40,887 bases of DNA from IMG/VR virus record IMGVR_UViG_3300045988_136193; one strand, 5' to 3'. A program made the translations under genes and the position numbers. The DNA is from a virus. Of this stretch, positions 26,834 through 34,956 are shown one piece after another. Every line of letters starts with the position of its first letter. Position 1 is the first letter of the stretch. Below the pieces are notes generated by a model. The model was not told the origin of the DNA. It saw only the letters and a program-made list of their open reading frames with translations, and did not search any database.

Positions 26834-27187
26834 TCACACTCCTAAAATTGTTGGTTGCCCCAGCGTCCCATTGTCGTTTGCCATAGGCGCGCCGCGTTTG
26901 CGTCTTGAGGCGCGGTTGTGAACATCGCCCACATATTGTTGTAATATTTCATCATTCACCGTTTCACTGGTTACAGGTATATTTGTGGTATTATTACCAA
27001 TTTGTGCGGTTTGGCGTCCGTTATTGGTGACAGCACTAGCTAAGCGTAAAGCCTTTTGTTCCGGCGTTTCTTGTGGTTGACCTGTCCTAGCGTTAGCATT
27101 GTTAGCGTTTGAATTATCCGCGGATTGTACTTGCTTTCTTACACTAGGAACTCCAGTTTTCTTTAACCTTCTAATTAGCTTTCCCAT
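26834..27187 (-). CDS. Basic low-complexity protein, paralog B
   Basis: The start is MGKLIRRLKK, parallel to the MGKSIKK start of the paralog. The C-terminus LQQYVGDVHNRASRRKRGAP...LGV matches LQYVSDLRTRKSRRNRAS...LGV in the neighbour. Confidence 0.5.
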   Translation of the reverse strand: MGKLIRRLKKTGVPSVRKQVQSADNSNANNANARTGQPQETPEQKALRLASAVTNNGRQTAQIGNNTTNIPVTSETVNDEILQQYVGDVHNRASRRKRGAPMANDNGTLGQPTILGV

Positions 27188-27188
27188 C

Positions 27189-27674
27189 TTATACCCCCAG
27201 CGCTGTTGTGCCACTTAATTTATTCACATTGCTTGAGGCGTTGCCATCTGTGTTATTTGTGCTAGCTCTGTTGCGTCTTGATTTCCGAGTACGCAAATCA
27301 CTCACATACTGCAATAATCCATCTGTTTCAGCGTCAATTTCAGATGTTTTCACTTCTGGTGTCTTTTCAGCATTTACCCCAATAACACTGTCAATGTATT
27401 TTTCTTTATTCACATTGACAAAACCATTTTTACGACCTGTTAAATCAACAGAACCCATTGTTGCAATGTTTCCTGCGTTAGCGGCTACATCAGTTACCTT
27501 TCGTACCGCGCCTTTAACATCACCTTTAGCTAAGCTACCAACTGCGCCGACTGCTGAACCGGTGGCATTTCCAACACTTTTAACCATATTTGTGGTTGCT
27601 TTTACAGCCGGTTTAGCCACTGCCTTAACAGTTTTGGTTATTGCTTTGGTAACTTTTTTAATGCTTTTACCCAT
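27189..27674 (-). CDS. Basic Lys/Ala/Thr-rich low-complexity protein, paralog A
   Basis: A strong GGAGG RBS is present. The protein shows KxxK periodicity and shares the C-terminal motif with 26834-27187. Confidence 0.5.
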   Translation of the reverse strand: MGKSIKKVTKAITKTVKAVAKPAVKATTNMVKSVGNATGSAVGAVGSLAKGDVKGAVRKVTDVAANAGNIATMGSVDLTGRKNGFVNVNKEKYIDSVIGVNAEKTPEVKTSEIDAETDGLLQYVSDLRTRKSRRNRASTNNTDGNASSNVNKLSGTTALGV

Positions 27675-28085
27675 TTATAGCCTCCTTTTGTTAGTTGCTA
27701 GTTTTTTTTCATAAAGCCAAATTGTTTTGCCTTTTTCCGTTCCAATAGGCTTACACCCAAGAAACTTATGCATTTTTGTTTGTATTTTGCTTTTTTTAGA
27801 TAGCGTAAACATAGGCAAACCACGTTCAGCCACCTTGCCGATAATTTGTTTGGCATATTTCAAATATAAAGGGCTTATCCTCTTATCTGGTGTAAACCAA
27901 ATAAAATAACTGTTATCTATATATTCAACCGCCATCACACACTTATATTCACCAACGATAATAGTATAAGCCTCACCGTTTTCTAACCCGGACTTATCCG
28001 GGTCATTTTTCCATTCAACCTTGCCAATATCGTTAAAGACAATGCTTTCTACATCGCCTTTTTCATATTTTCTAACTATTGCCAT
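27675..28085 (-). CDS. Hypothetical protein
   Basis: A 136-aa ORF immediately downstream of TerL. No motif was recognised. Confidence 0.4.
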   Translation of the reverse strand: MAIVRKYEKGDVESIVFNDIGKVEWKNDPDKSGLENGEAYTIIVGEYKCVMAVEYIDNSYFIWFTPDKRISPLYLKYAKQIIGKVAERGLPMFTLSKKSKIQTKMHKFLGCKPIGTEKGKTIWLYEKKLATNKRRL

Positions 28086-28087
28086 TG

Positions 28088-29578
28088 CTAACCTCTATTA
28101 TACATTACCGTTTGATAAGGCGTTGCGTTTTCGTTAGGAAAAACGCCGCTTATATCAAACAACCGTGCCAGCGCGTCAATCATATCATCGTGATTAACAG
28201 CCGGATATTTCAAGTATTCATCATCAATAAAACTTTGCGTAAAATCTTTAATTTCACCATCAACGGTTATCATCGGCAACCGAGTAGGGAAAAAGATTTT
28301 GCCCTGTTCAAATAGCGGTTGTAGTCGTTCAATTCTTTGTTTCTTTGCCACGTTACCGCCAAGCCGGTTGATATTAAACCGATAGTGTCGCGTTTCCATT
28401 TCAGCCTCAATATGTTCTCTATCGGCTTGTTGCCCGTAGCTTTCATACCAAACAGCATTTGGCTTATACATTTGCACCAGCCTAAAAAGCCAGTTTGTGC
28501 GCTCCGATAGATTCAGCCTATCGCGTATGCCGTCAATCACATAGTAGTTGCCGTCTTTACCAAAGCCCAGCACAATCATTACTGTATAATCGCTTTTCTT
28601 ATCTTTAGAGCTTGCCGGATCTACCACTATGTAGCGGTTCATTGTTTCCCAACCCTTACCATCATAATATTTTATCCATTCCGGCATAAAATAGCGGTTA
28701 TTAGCAATAGATGGGTCTAAGAGCATTTGCGTCCCAAAGGTTGCCGCGCCCATTTCAACGCGCTTAGCTTTCAAATCCTCCGGTGATAAGAAAACGCTGG
28801 TATTAAAATCCGTTGCGTCCGTCATTGCCGGATAAATTCGCGGCTTAACGCTACCCTCCTTAATAATTTCATTATACGTATCATTGTAGGCATAAAATGT
28901 GCCTATCATAATTCTTTTGGCGGTTGCCGAGCCTAAGTTTAAGCTCATTCTGAAAGCCGCTGTGGTTTTCAAAATTTGCTCCGGCGTATTCACGCTTTCC
29001 AACGTAACAAGGTCATCATATTTCAAACGGTCATAGTGCATACCGGTTGGCTGTCCTTCAACAACACCGCAAGCCTCAACAGTCATTTCCTTACGTGTAC
29101 TGTTGCGCTTTACACAGATTTTATCTTCCGTCCATTTCGGACTTTCCTTTTTCGGATCAGCGTAAAAAACATCAGGAAACAGAGCTTTTAACAGCTCATT
29201 TGTTTCAAGCGTGTTTTTTATCTGTATCACAAACGCCCTTGCAATCGGCAACTTATGTGAAAAAATCCCGATTGTTATTTCGGGATCATTCAAAATTTCA
29301 AATATTGTGTGCGCGTATGTAATAATTGTGCTTTTAAAATGTCCGCGCGCCCATAAGTCTAAATAACCATAGGGTTTTTCTTGAAATTCCCTACACCTAT
29401 CCAGCACCCATTGATTGTTGGCAAAACTAACTCCAAGCACATAAACCAGCAAAAAGAACAAATCATTTTTCGCCAGCGTCCTCCACGCGTTCACTTTTTC
29501 CTGATCGGATAACCGCGCTAAGGATTGCATTAACTCCTTGTATTGCGCTATCTGTCGGAGCAATATCAACTTTTCCAT
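28088..29578 (-). CDS. terL: Terminase large subunit
   Basis: The Walker A-like motif LWARGHFKST is present. The C-terminal nuclease motifs read VVDPASS...DYTVMIVLG...HDDMIDAL. The start could instead be the ATG at 29530 after a GGAG RBS. Either way the gene overlaps the terS 3' end. Confidence 0.9.
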   Translation of the reverse strand: MEKLILLRQIAQYKELMQSLARLSDQEKVNAWRTLAKNDLFFLLVYVLGVSFANNQWVLDRCREFQEKPYGYLDLWARGHFKSTIITYAHTIFEILNDPEITIGIFSHKLPIARAFVIQIKNTLETNELLKALFPDVFYADPKKESPKWTEDKICVKRNSTRKEMTVEACGVVEGQPTGMHYDRLKYDDLVTLESVNTPEQILKTTAAFRMSLNLGSATAKRIMIGTFYAYNDTYNEIIKEGSVKPRIYPAMTDATDFNTSVFLSPEDLKAKRVEMGAATFGTQMLLDPSIANNRYFMPEWIKYYDGKGWETMNRYIVVDPASSKDKKSDYTVMIVLGFGKDGNYYVIDGIRDRLNLSERTNWLFRLVQMYKPNAVWYESYGQQADREHIEAEMETRHYRFNINRLGGNVAKKQRIERLQPLFEQGKIFFPTRLPMITVDGEIKDFTQSFIDDEYLKYPAVNHDDMIDALARLFDISGVFPNENATPYQTVMYNRG

Positions 29579-29990
29579 TGTGCTTTACCTCAGTTGTGCC
29601 ACTTAAATCCACATTTACTTTTTCCCCATACTTTTTAGGACTCATACGCGCCATAGCAAATTTGCGTGCTTCAATCCTCAGCCTTGCTTTTGCCACTTCG
29701 TCTTTATCGCTAGGGCAATCATCGGCAATGCTTAAAATTTCATCAAAGAAATAATCCGCGCGCGCCGCTTGCGCGTCCGTGTAGTTATCCCGAAACTCCT
29801 CACTGTTCAACCATTCATAGACCTTGTTAAGCGGCAAATTTTTATCAAGACATACTTCACGCAATGATTTACCATTTCGCATTTCTTCAAAAATGCGTTC
29901 GGCGTTAGCCTTACTTTTCCATTTTGCCTTTGGGCGTCCCATCTTTTGTTTGGGTTTTATCGCCGGTTTGTCCTTTGTTTTCCCTTTCAT
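29463..29990 (-). CDS. terS: Terminase small subunit
   Basis: The N-terminus has an HTH (SLREVCLDKNLPLNKVYEWL). The motif ARADYFFDEILSIADD...KKYGEK is typical of TerS. The internal ATG at 29990 has a GGAGG RBS; the track start is 30002. Confidence 0.65.
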   Translation of the reverse strand: MKGKTKDKPAIKPKQKMGRPKAKWKSKANAERIFEEMRNGKSLREVCLDKNLPLNKVYEWLNSEEFRDNYTDAQAARADYFFDEILSIADDCPSDKDEVAKARLRIEARKFAMARMSPKKYGEKVNVDLSGTTEVKHNGKVDIAPTDSAIQGVNAILSAVIRSGKSERVEDAGEK

Positions 29991-30084
29991 TGCCGCCTCC
30001 ATAATTGGAAAGAGCGGCGGTGTGGTTGAGAGCGCCGCCGCTCACTTAATGCTTAAAGTATTGCCTTTAAGTTATGCCAAACAA

Positions 30085-30116
30085 AAAGACGCAAGTGTTA
30101 AAATCCTTGCGTCTTT
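30085..30116 (-). terminator. Rho-independent terminator between the late regulator and terS
   Basis: An 11-bp stem aaagacgcaag/cttgcgtcttt is followed by a T-rich tract on the minus strand. Confidence 0.5.
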
Positions 30117-30244
30117 CAGCCAGAGTGTAAAAACCCTAGCTTATTATCTTTATACTTTAATTCACCCGATTGTGTAAAATGAAAAAGTGTCAAATAATGT
30201 AAAATGTTGTCAAATGAGTGTAAAATAAAATAATAACTTGTTGA

Positions 30245-30634
30245 TTATAAATAGTTTTTCATTTCAACAAGCAATTTTTTAAGCGCTTTTCTTTGGTATA
30301 TATCCAACATTTGTCGTGTAAATCCGAGCTTACAGCACACAATTTTCCACGGCTGAGGGCGTTCCCTCATACGCGCCGAAAGCAAATCATATTCAAACTT
30401 TGATAGCTTACACATAAAATTGGCGTCCATATACCAGCAATCAGCAATATCAATATTAGTGGGGCGAAAGCGTGGATTTTCCGCGTCCTCAGCCGTTCCC
30501 TCCGTAACAATAAACAACCACATATAATTTTTTGCATAATCAGGGCGCTTTTGTGATGGCAACGCCGCCAGCGTTTCAAAATAGCGCATAACCTCAATCT
30601 TAACATCCTCAATCGTGTTTATTTTTCTCAACAT
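30245..30634 (-). CDS. Putative late-gene transcriptional activator (ArpU/RinA-like, sigma region-4-like C-terminal HTH)
   Basis: The C-terminus LSKFEYDLLSARMRERPQPWKIVCCKLGFTRQMLDIYQRKALKKL resembles a sigma-70 region 4/ArpU HTH. The gene lies just upstream of terS. An ATG at 30634 follows a GGGAG RBS. Confidence 0.45.
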   Translation of the reverse strand: MLRKINTIEDVKIEVMRYFETLAALPSQKRPDYAKNYMWLFIVTEGTAEDAENPRFRPTNIDIADCWYMDANFMCKLSKFEYDLLSARMRERPQPWKIVCCKLGFTRQMLDIYQRKALKKLLVEMKNYL

Positions 30635-30640
30635 AGACAA

Positions 30641-31232
30641 AACTCCCTAAACTCTCAACCAGTAAATAGACAGAAATTTAATAACATTGCTAAAAACGCG
30701 CCTCTATCCTTGCTGAGCCAGCGCCGATAGGCGCAATAAGCAATCGGAAGATTGCGCACTTCTTTTGCGCTTTTATAGCGCAAATCCCCCATAATGCTTG
30801 CCAGCGCAGTCTTTTCAGGGCGTTAGTCCGAAAAGGCGCGCTTATCGTCAGGCAAGCATTAACCTTTTTATCCACAACGCCAGTGGATTTATCCACAAGT
30901 TGTGCAACCTTTTCCTTTCTCCCATACCCTCTAACCATATCCAAAATCCTTTAATCCTCAAACCAAATACCTTAAACCAAATCCCTAAAACCCATAAAAT
31001 ATATTTTTATTTTTCTTTTTGGTTCTTTTTCTTTTGTTTTTTGCATTTTTGCCACCACTGGTAACGAGTGGTTACCACTGGTGAACAATTTTTTAATTAA
31101 GAATCGTTTTACTGGGTTTGCGCCCTGTTTTTTGAAAAATAAATTTTTTTGGTGTCCGCTGGTTACCATTGGTAACGAGTGGTTACCTCTGGTAAGTTTT
31201 GGTAACTGTTGGTAAATTTTGGTAAAATTCAT
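30641..31232. promoter_or_regulatory. Origin-like noncoding region: two DnaA boxes, an AT-rich tract and a TGGTAAC/GTTACCA iteron array
   Basis: The consensus box TTATCCACA occurs at 30868-30876 and 30889-30897. A T-rich tract spans 31000-31050. At least 10 TGGTAA(C)-like sites lie at 31059-31085 and 31160-31226, including two GGTAACgagtgGTTACC palindromes and about 10-bp phasing at 31190-31226. Confidence 0.55.
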
Positions 31233-31235
31233 ACA

Positions 31236-31523
31236 CTACGCCCCTTGTTTTTTGGTGCGTTTGCGCGTTTTTGCCGTTTCTTGATTGCGTTTTTTAATCG
31301 CCTCATAGCGGCGCGCGTTTGCATCCATTGCACTTTTGAAAGAGTTAAATAAAACACGTGCTGTTGACGAAAGTTTTTTGACGTCCACCGCCCCATACAT
31401 ATTATAGTCGTGCATTGCGAGTACCGCCTCTTTGAATAAATCAGCGTCCTCATCACGCATTGCCTCTATACTATCAGCAGGGACAACCCAGCCTGTTTTT
31501 TTCCTCTCTATATCCTCAACCAT
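31236..31523 (-). CDS. Hypothetical basic protein
   Basis: A TAGGAG RBS is present. The C-terminus is basic. The gene is adjacent to the iteron array. Confidence 0.45.
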   Translation of the reverse strand: MVEDIERKKTGWVVPADSIEAMRDEDADLFKEAVLAMHDYNMYGAVDVKKLSSTARVLFNSFKSAMDANARRYEAIKKRNQETAKTRKRTKKQGA

Positions 31524-31548
31524 ATTTTAAGACTCCTATAAAAATAAG

Positions 31549-32319
31549 TTATAAGTTAAGACAACCTTGCGCGGCGTTTGGCTTGCCGTGCTTTGTATTA
31601 AATTCATTAAGCCGATTGCGGATTATTTCCGCATATTTCGGCTCTTTTTCCATAACAATAAACCGCCGCCCCAAATTGCGCGCCGCCACCGCGGTTGTGC
31701 CGGAGCCTGAGAACGGATCTAAAATTAAATCGCCTTTGTTGGTATAATACTCAATAAATGGATACATTGCCTTTAGCGGTTTTTGTGTTGGGTGTTCTGT
31801 TCTCTCATTTCCGCTACATACAGGCAACATAATATAATTCGGCTGTTGTCCGTTTTGATAATTAAACGTCAGCTTTCCGTCCGGTTTTTGCAACATAACC
31901 GCAACCTCCCAGCCGTTTTGAAATTTCACCTTGCGCGCTTGCGGCGCAGGATTTTGTTTTATAAATGCAAAATATCCTTTACATTTAAATCCATATTCAT
32001 TTTGCAAATAGTGAGATAAAAAGTTAATTCTATCCACATCAAAAAAGGCAACGAGCATACCCCCCCCTCTTAATTTTGGCACGCATAAATCAACCCACCG
32101 CTTTGTAAAATCCATAAAATCATCAAATCCGGCAAACTTATCCCATTGTCCAAAATCGTGTGTAATCGCTTTGGCTTTGCCATATTTTTGCCCGTTGCCG
32201 TTACGGATTATTTTTGTATCGTTGGCAATTCCATACGGCGGATCGGTCAGTATCATATCAACCGAGCCGTCCGCCACGTTACCTAACAATTTGAAACAAT
32301 CCCCCTCCAAAATGCACAT
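31549..32319 (-). CDS. DNA methyltransferase, N6-adenine/N4-cytosine type, beta-class (orphan)
   Basis: Motif IV MILTDPPYG precedes motif I LILDPFSGSGTT. The ATG at 32319 has an AAGGA RBS. No restriction partner was found. Confidence 0.85.
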   Translation of the reverse strand: MCILEGDCFKLLGNVADGSVDMILTDPPYGIANDTKIIRNGNGQKYGKAKAITHDFGQWDKFAGFDDFMDFTKRWVDLCVPKLRGGGMLVAFFDVDRINFLSHYLQNEYGFKCKGYFAFIKQNPAPQARKVKFQNGWEVAVMLQKPDGKLTFNYQNGQQPNYIMLPVCSGNERTEHPTQKPLKAMYPFIEYYTNKGDLILDPFSGSGTTAVAARNLGRRFIVMEKEPKYAEIIRNRLNEFNTKHGKPNAAQGCLNL

Positions 32320-32345
32320 TTTTCTTATCCTTGCGGTGGTGTAAG

Positions 32346-32804
32346 TTACATATCTAAAGCCTTGCAATAGGTGTCTGTAACCAATTCTTGCTCTTCGCGG
32401 TCGGCGACATTCATTTTACGTAGTTTCAAAACAACGCGCATAATTTTAACATCAAAACCGGCACTCTTAGCCTCAGCGAAAACATCGCGTATATCATTAC
32501 TTACATCTTTCTTTTCTTCCTCTAGGCGCTCAATACGCTCAATCAGACTACGCAATCTATCTTTGGCAATACCACCAACCTCAGTGTCTTTTTCTTTAAC
32601 GCAATCCATCACCGGCTCATTTTCCGGTTCAGGTTCTCTGCCCAGCACCTTGCCAACTCTTGTTTCGCTATATTTGCTATCATTTTCCATAGTCTTTTGT
32701 TCCTTTTGATATTCAAATTGATTTACAATGTCCGTAGGCACACCAAATGTAGCGGCCAACGCCTCTGCCTTTTCACGTGTGCAATTCATTTTCTTTTTGT
32801 GCAT
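32346..32804 (-). CDS. GapR-like (DUF2312) nucleoid-associated DNA-binding protein with an N-terminal extension
   Basis: The C-terminal ~75 aa read LRSLIERIERLEEEKKDVSNDIRDVFAEAKSAGFDVKIMRVVLKLRKMNVADREEQELVTDTYCKAL. This aligns with the GapR/DUF2312 pattern (IE.LEEEKK.i..dirD.yAEAK..GF.vK..R.....RK). Confidence 0.6.
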   Translation of the reverse strand: MHKKKMNCTREKAEALAATFGVPTDIVNQFEYQKEQKTMENDSKYSETRVGKVLGREPEPENEPVMDCVKEKDTEVGGIAKDRLRSLIERIERLEEEKKDVSNDIRDVFAEAKSAGFDVKIMRVVLKLRKMNVADREEQELVTDTYCKALDM

Positions 32805-32916
32805 TATTTAAGCCTCCACGTTTTGCTATGTCTCTCAATAACCGCGCATACGCCGCAAATCACAACCACCAGCAACGGTATAAAAGCCAATAGTATTGCT
32901 GTCATTTTTGCGCCTC

Positions 32917-33207
32917 TTAAAGTTTTTCGCCGGTTGCTAAAGAATATTGTCCGCAAATTTGCCATAGTTTGCCCTTAATGCGGCTTTGACAAACTTCTAT
33001 GCCCATATTAAAATCGTTATTTTCCGGGTTAATACAAAAAGCCGCCTCCACATCTGCTGTTATTTGCCCGTTTGGATATTCAAAAGTCCATTCGCAGATT
33101 ACGCCGGCTTTTACCGCCGCAGGTTGTGAGTAAGTTGTAACTCGTTTTTTGAAAATTCGTTCAATGTCCTCATTCGTATATTTAATCTGTAAGTTTTTCT
33201 GTTCCAT
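32917..33207 (-). CDS. Hypothetical protein
   Basis: A 96-aa ORF in the leftward early operon. Confidence 0.4.
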   Translation of the reverse strand: MEQKNLQIKYTNEDIERIFKKRVTTYSQPAAVKAGVICEWTFEYPNGQITADVEAAFCINPENNDFNMGIEVCQSRIKGKLWQICGQYSLATGEKL

Positions 33208-33362
33208 AGTTACCCCCTATGCGATAATATTTTTAATTTTATTGTCATTATACCGTTGCTGTTTTTGTAAATTTCTTTACAAACTCTTTAACCAGCGCAA
33301 TCAGCTTTTTGTTGCCTTTATAGCCTTTTGTAGCGGTTTTATAGCAATACCGCCGTCCGCTC

Positions 33363-33596
33363 TTAATTTCCCATATTGTCATTTTCATTATCCTTTTCAG
33401 TTTCGTTAATATTGTAAAAATCGTTAGGCTCAACTTGCCCACCGCTCCACTCATAGATTTTTTGCACGGTTTCTTTGTTAGGTATAGCCTCGCCCAAAAC
33501 CCACCGCCGAGCCACACAATGCCTTACATCTAGGTATCGTGCCAAATCAGCAACGCGTTTATTGTTTTTCTCTAAATAAGTTTGAAGTGTTATCAT
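33363..33596 (-). CDS. Cro/YdaS-like HTH regulator, first gene of the leftward operon
   Basis: The motif LARYLDVRHCVARRWVLGEAIPNKETVQKIYEWSGGQV matches the YdaS/Cro-like family pattern. A GGAGG RBS is present. The gene is divergent from the XRE repressor gene. Confidence 0.6.
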   Translation of the reverse strand: MITLQTYLEKNNKRVADLARYLDVRHCVARRWVLGEAIPNKETVQKIYEWSGGQVEPNDFYNINETEKDNENDNMGN

Positions 33597-33741
33597 TTGT
33601 TATACCTCCAATTTCAATAATATTCTAAAAAAGAATATAAAGTCAATATAAAAATGTTCTTTTTTATAACATTTTTATTATAACCTTGTTTTTTATTGAA
33701 AAATGTTCTTTTTTAGAGTATAATTATTAACATAAAGAACG
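33597..33741. promoter_or_regulatory. Divergent promoter/operator region of the immunity switch
   Basis: Operator-like sites are tattctaaaaaagaata (33621-33637), atgttcttttttataacat (33654-33672) and gttcttttttagagtat (33705-33722). Plus-strand TTGAAA (33696-33701), a 17-nt spacer and TATAAT (33719-33724) lie ahead of the XRE gene. Confidence 0.6.
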
Positions 33742-33756
33742 GTGTTGAGGTTTGTT

Positions 33757-34113
33757 ATGTTTAAGAATAGGGTTAGAGAAATACGTAAATTACGCAAGAT
33801 GACTCTAGAGGAGCTTGCGGAAAAACTTAATGTGTCTTATTCAGCCATTCAAAAACTGGACGCTGGAACGGTTGACCTAGATACACAATGGATAAGGAAA
33901 TTATCCGTAGTGCTTGACGTTAAGCCTTACGAGTTATTACCTCTTGATATGCAACCGGAAGAAATTACACCGGAAGAAAGAGAAATTTTGCGTATGATCC
34001 GAAAATCAACCACACCACAAGGCGCAGATAATAACCATATACCGAGCCAAGCGAGCGTGGAAAAACATACTCCGCAACCGAGCCAACCACCGCATAAATC
34101 AAATGAAAGGTAA
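33757..34113 (+). CDS. XRE-family HTH transcriptional regulator (CI-like maintenance repressor candidate)
   Basis: The HTH reads LRKMTLEELAEKLNVSYSAIQKLDAG. The ATG at 33757 has a GAGG RBS. A Pro/Gln-rich C-terminal tail follows. Confidence 0.7.
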   Translation: MFKNRVREIRKLRKMTLEELAEKLNVSYSAIQKLDAGTVDLDTQWIRKLSVVLDVKPYELLPLDMQPEEITPEEREILRMIRKSTTPQGADNNHIPSQASVEKHTPQPSQPPHKSNER

Positions 34114-34118
34114 TTAAA

Positions 34119-34631
34119 ATGAAAAAATCAGTATTGTTATCTCTTATTTTATTATCCGCGTGTGCATTTCAACAAAACATCTATTCATATAAGCCAATAG
34201 ATACAGACCGCAAGACGGTTGCTATATCAGCGGCAAATTTATCAGAAATGCACCAAGCCTTGAAACAAGCACTCATGAACGCCGGATATAAATTATATGT
34301 AAAGAACGATAATAAAGACAGTGGCTATTTAAAACAAACCTCACAATATGAGTTATCAGACAATATTATAATCAATCCGGCGGTGTCTTGCGGTGCTTTA
34401 TCTTTTGAAAATGGTTACTCTTATGCAATATCATTTATTGATCTAAAAACCAGTGAAGAAGTTTTTAGTATGCAAGGAAAAGGCTGTTATAACGATATTA
34501 TGGATAACTTTGTTGCCTTAATAAACAATCGCTATAATAACTCTGGTATGTATAATAGTGGCGCGCAGGAAAAAGAGCCTCCGGCAACACCGGTGTTGCA
34601 AGTCGGGGGGGTTCCATTGTGGAGCAAATAG
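34119..34631 (+). CDS. Lipoprotein (superinfection-exclusion / lysogenic-conversion candidate)
   Basis: The signal peptide MKKSVLLSLILLSAC has the lipobox LLSAC. The gene is co-transcribed with the repressor and lies upstream of a terminator. Confidence 0.6.
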   Translation: MKKSVLLSLILLSACAFQQNIYSYKPIDTDRKTVAISAANLSEMHQALKQALMNAGYKLYVKNDNKDSGYLKQTSQYELSDNIIINPAVSCGALSFENGYSYAISFIDLKTSEEVFSMQGKGCYNDIMDNFVALINNRYNNSGMYNSGAQEKEPPATPVLQVGGVPLWSK

Positions 34632-34816
34632 CTTTTACACTTTTCTTTATAATCGCTGTATATATTGCGATTCCTATGATTTTATTTTTAACATACACGT
34701 GCTTAGGCATATTAGGTGAGATTTTAAATAATGAAGATATAAAAGACATACAAGAAAGTATTTTTACTAAAAAACTTAATGATTTTTTAGTAAAATTATA
34801 TCCATTTTTAAGGTAA
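34619..34816 (+). CDS. Small membrane protein (one or two TM segments)
   Basis: The hydrophobic segment FTLFFIIAVYIAIPMILFLTYTCLGILG is present. The gene overlaps the lipoprotein stop. Confidence 0.45.
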   Translation: MEQIAFTLFFIIAVYIAIPMILFLTYTCLGILGEILNNEDIKDIQESIFTKKLNDFLVKLYPFLR

Positions 34817-34843
34817 ATCACCCCTTGCAATAATTTTTTTCCA

Positions 34844-34875
34844 CCGCGTAAAGCCTTTATTTACGCGGTTTTTGT
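34844..34875 (+). terminator. Rho-independent terminator ending the repressor-lipoprotein unit
   Basis: A 9-bp stem ccgcgtaaa/tttacgcgg with a 7-nt loop is followed by tttttgttt. Confidence 0.7.
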
Positions 34876-34895
34876 TTCCCTGTTAAAAAAAATAT

Positions 34896-34956
34896 TACTT
34901 TTTAGAATATTTTTTTATTGACATCTGATTTTTAATGTTCTAAAAAAGAATAAATT
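34896..34956 (+). promoter_or_regulatory. Early rightward promoter with flanking operator copies
   Basis: TTGACA lies at 34918-34923, then a 17-nt spacer and TAAAAA. The operator tgttctaaaaaagaata (34936-34952) overlaps the -10, and tttttagaatat (34899-34910) lies upstream of the -35. The motif is the same as in 33597-33741. Confidence 0.5.

Noticed and set aside
31055-31230. Possible CRISPR array suggested by the short repeats
   Set aside because: The repeats are 6-7 bp, in both orientations, and irregularly spaced, with no repeat-spacer periodicity. There are no cas genes. It is an iteron or binding-site array.
30690-31232. ORFs 30690-30944, 30798-31064 and 30972-31232, the last with a repeated GNHSLP peptide
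   Set aside because: The peptide repeats come from the TGGTAAC DNA iterons. The region holds DnaA boxes and an AT tract and is better explained as noncoding origin or regulatory DNA.
33248-33517. 89-aa ORF overlapping the Cro-like gene. An internal MKMTIWEIKSGRRYCYKTATKGYKGNKKLIALVKEF 45-aa peptide is possible.
   Set aside because: It largely overlaps the Cro-like CDS out of frame. A short basic peptide downstream cannot be excluded but has no support.
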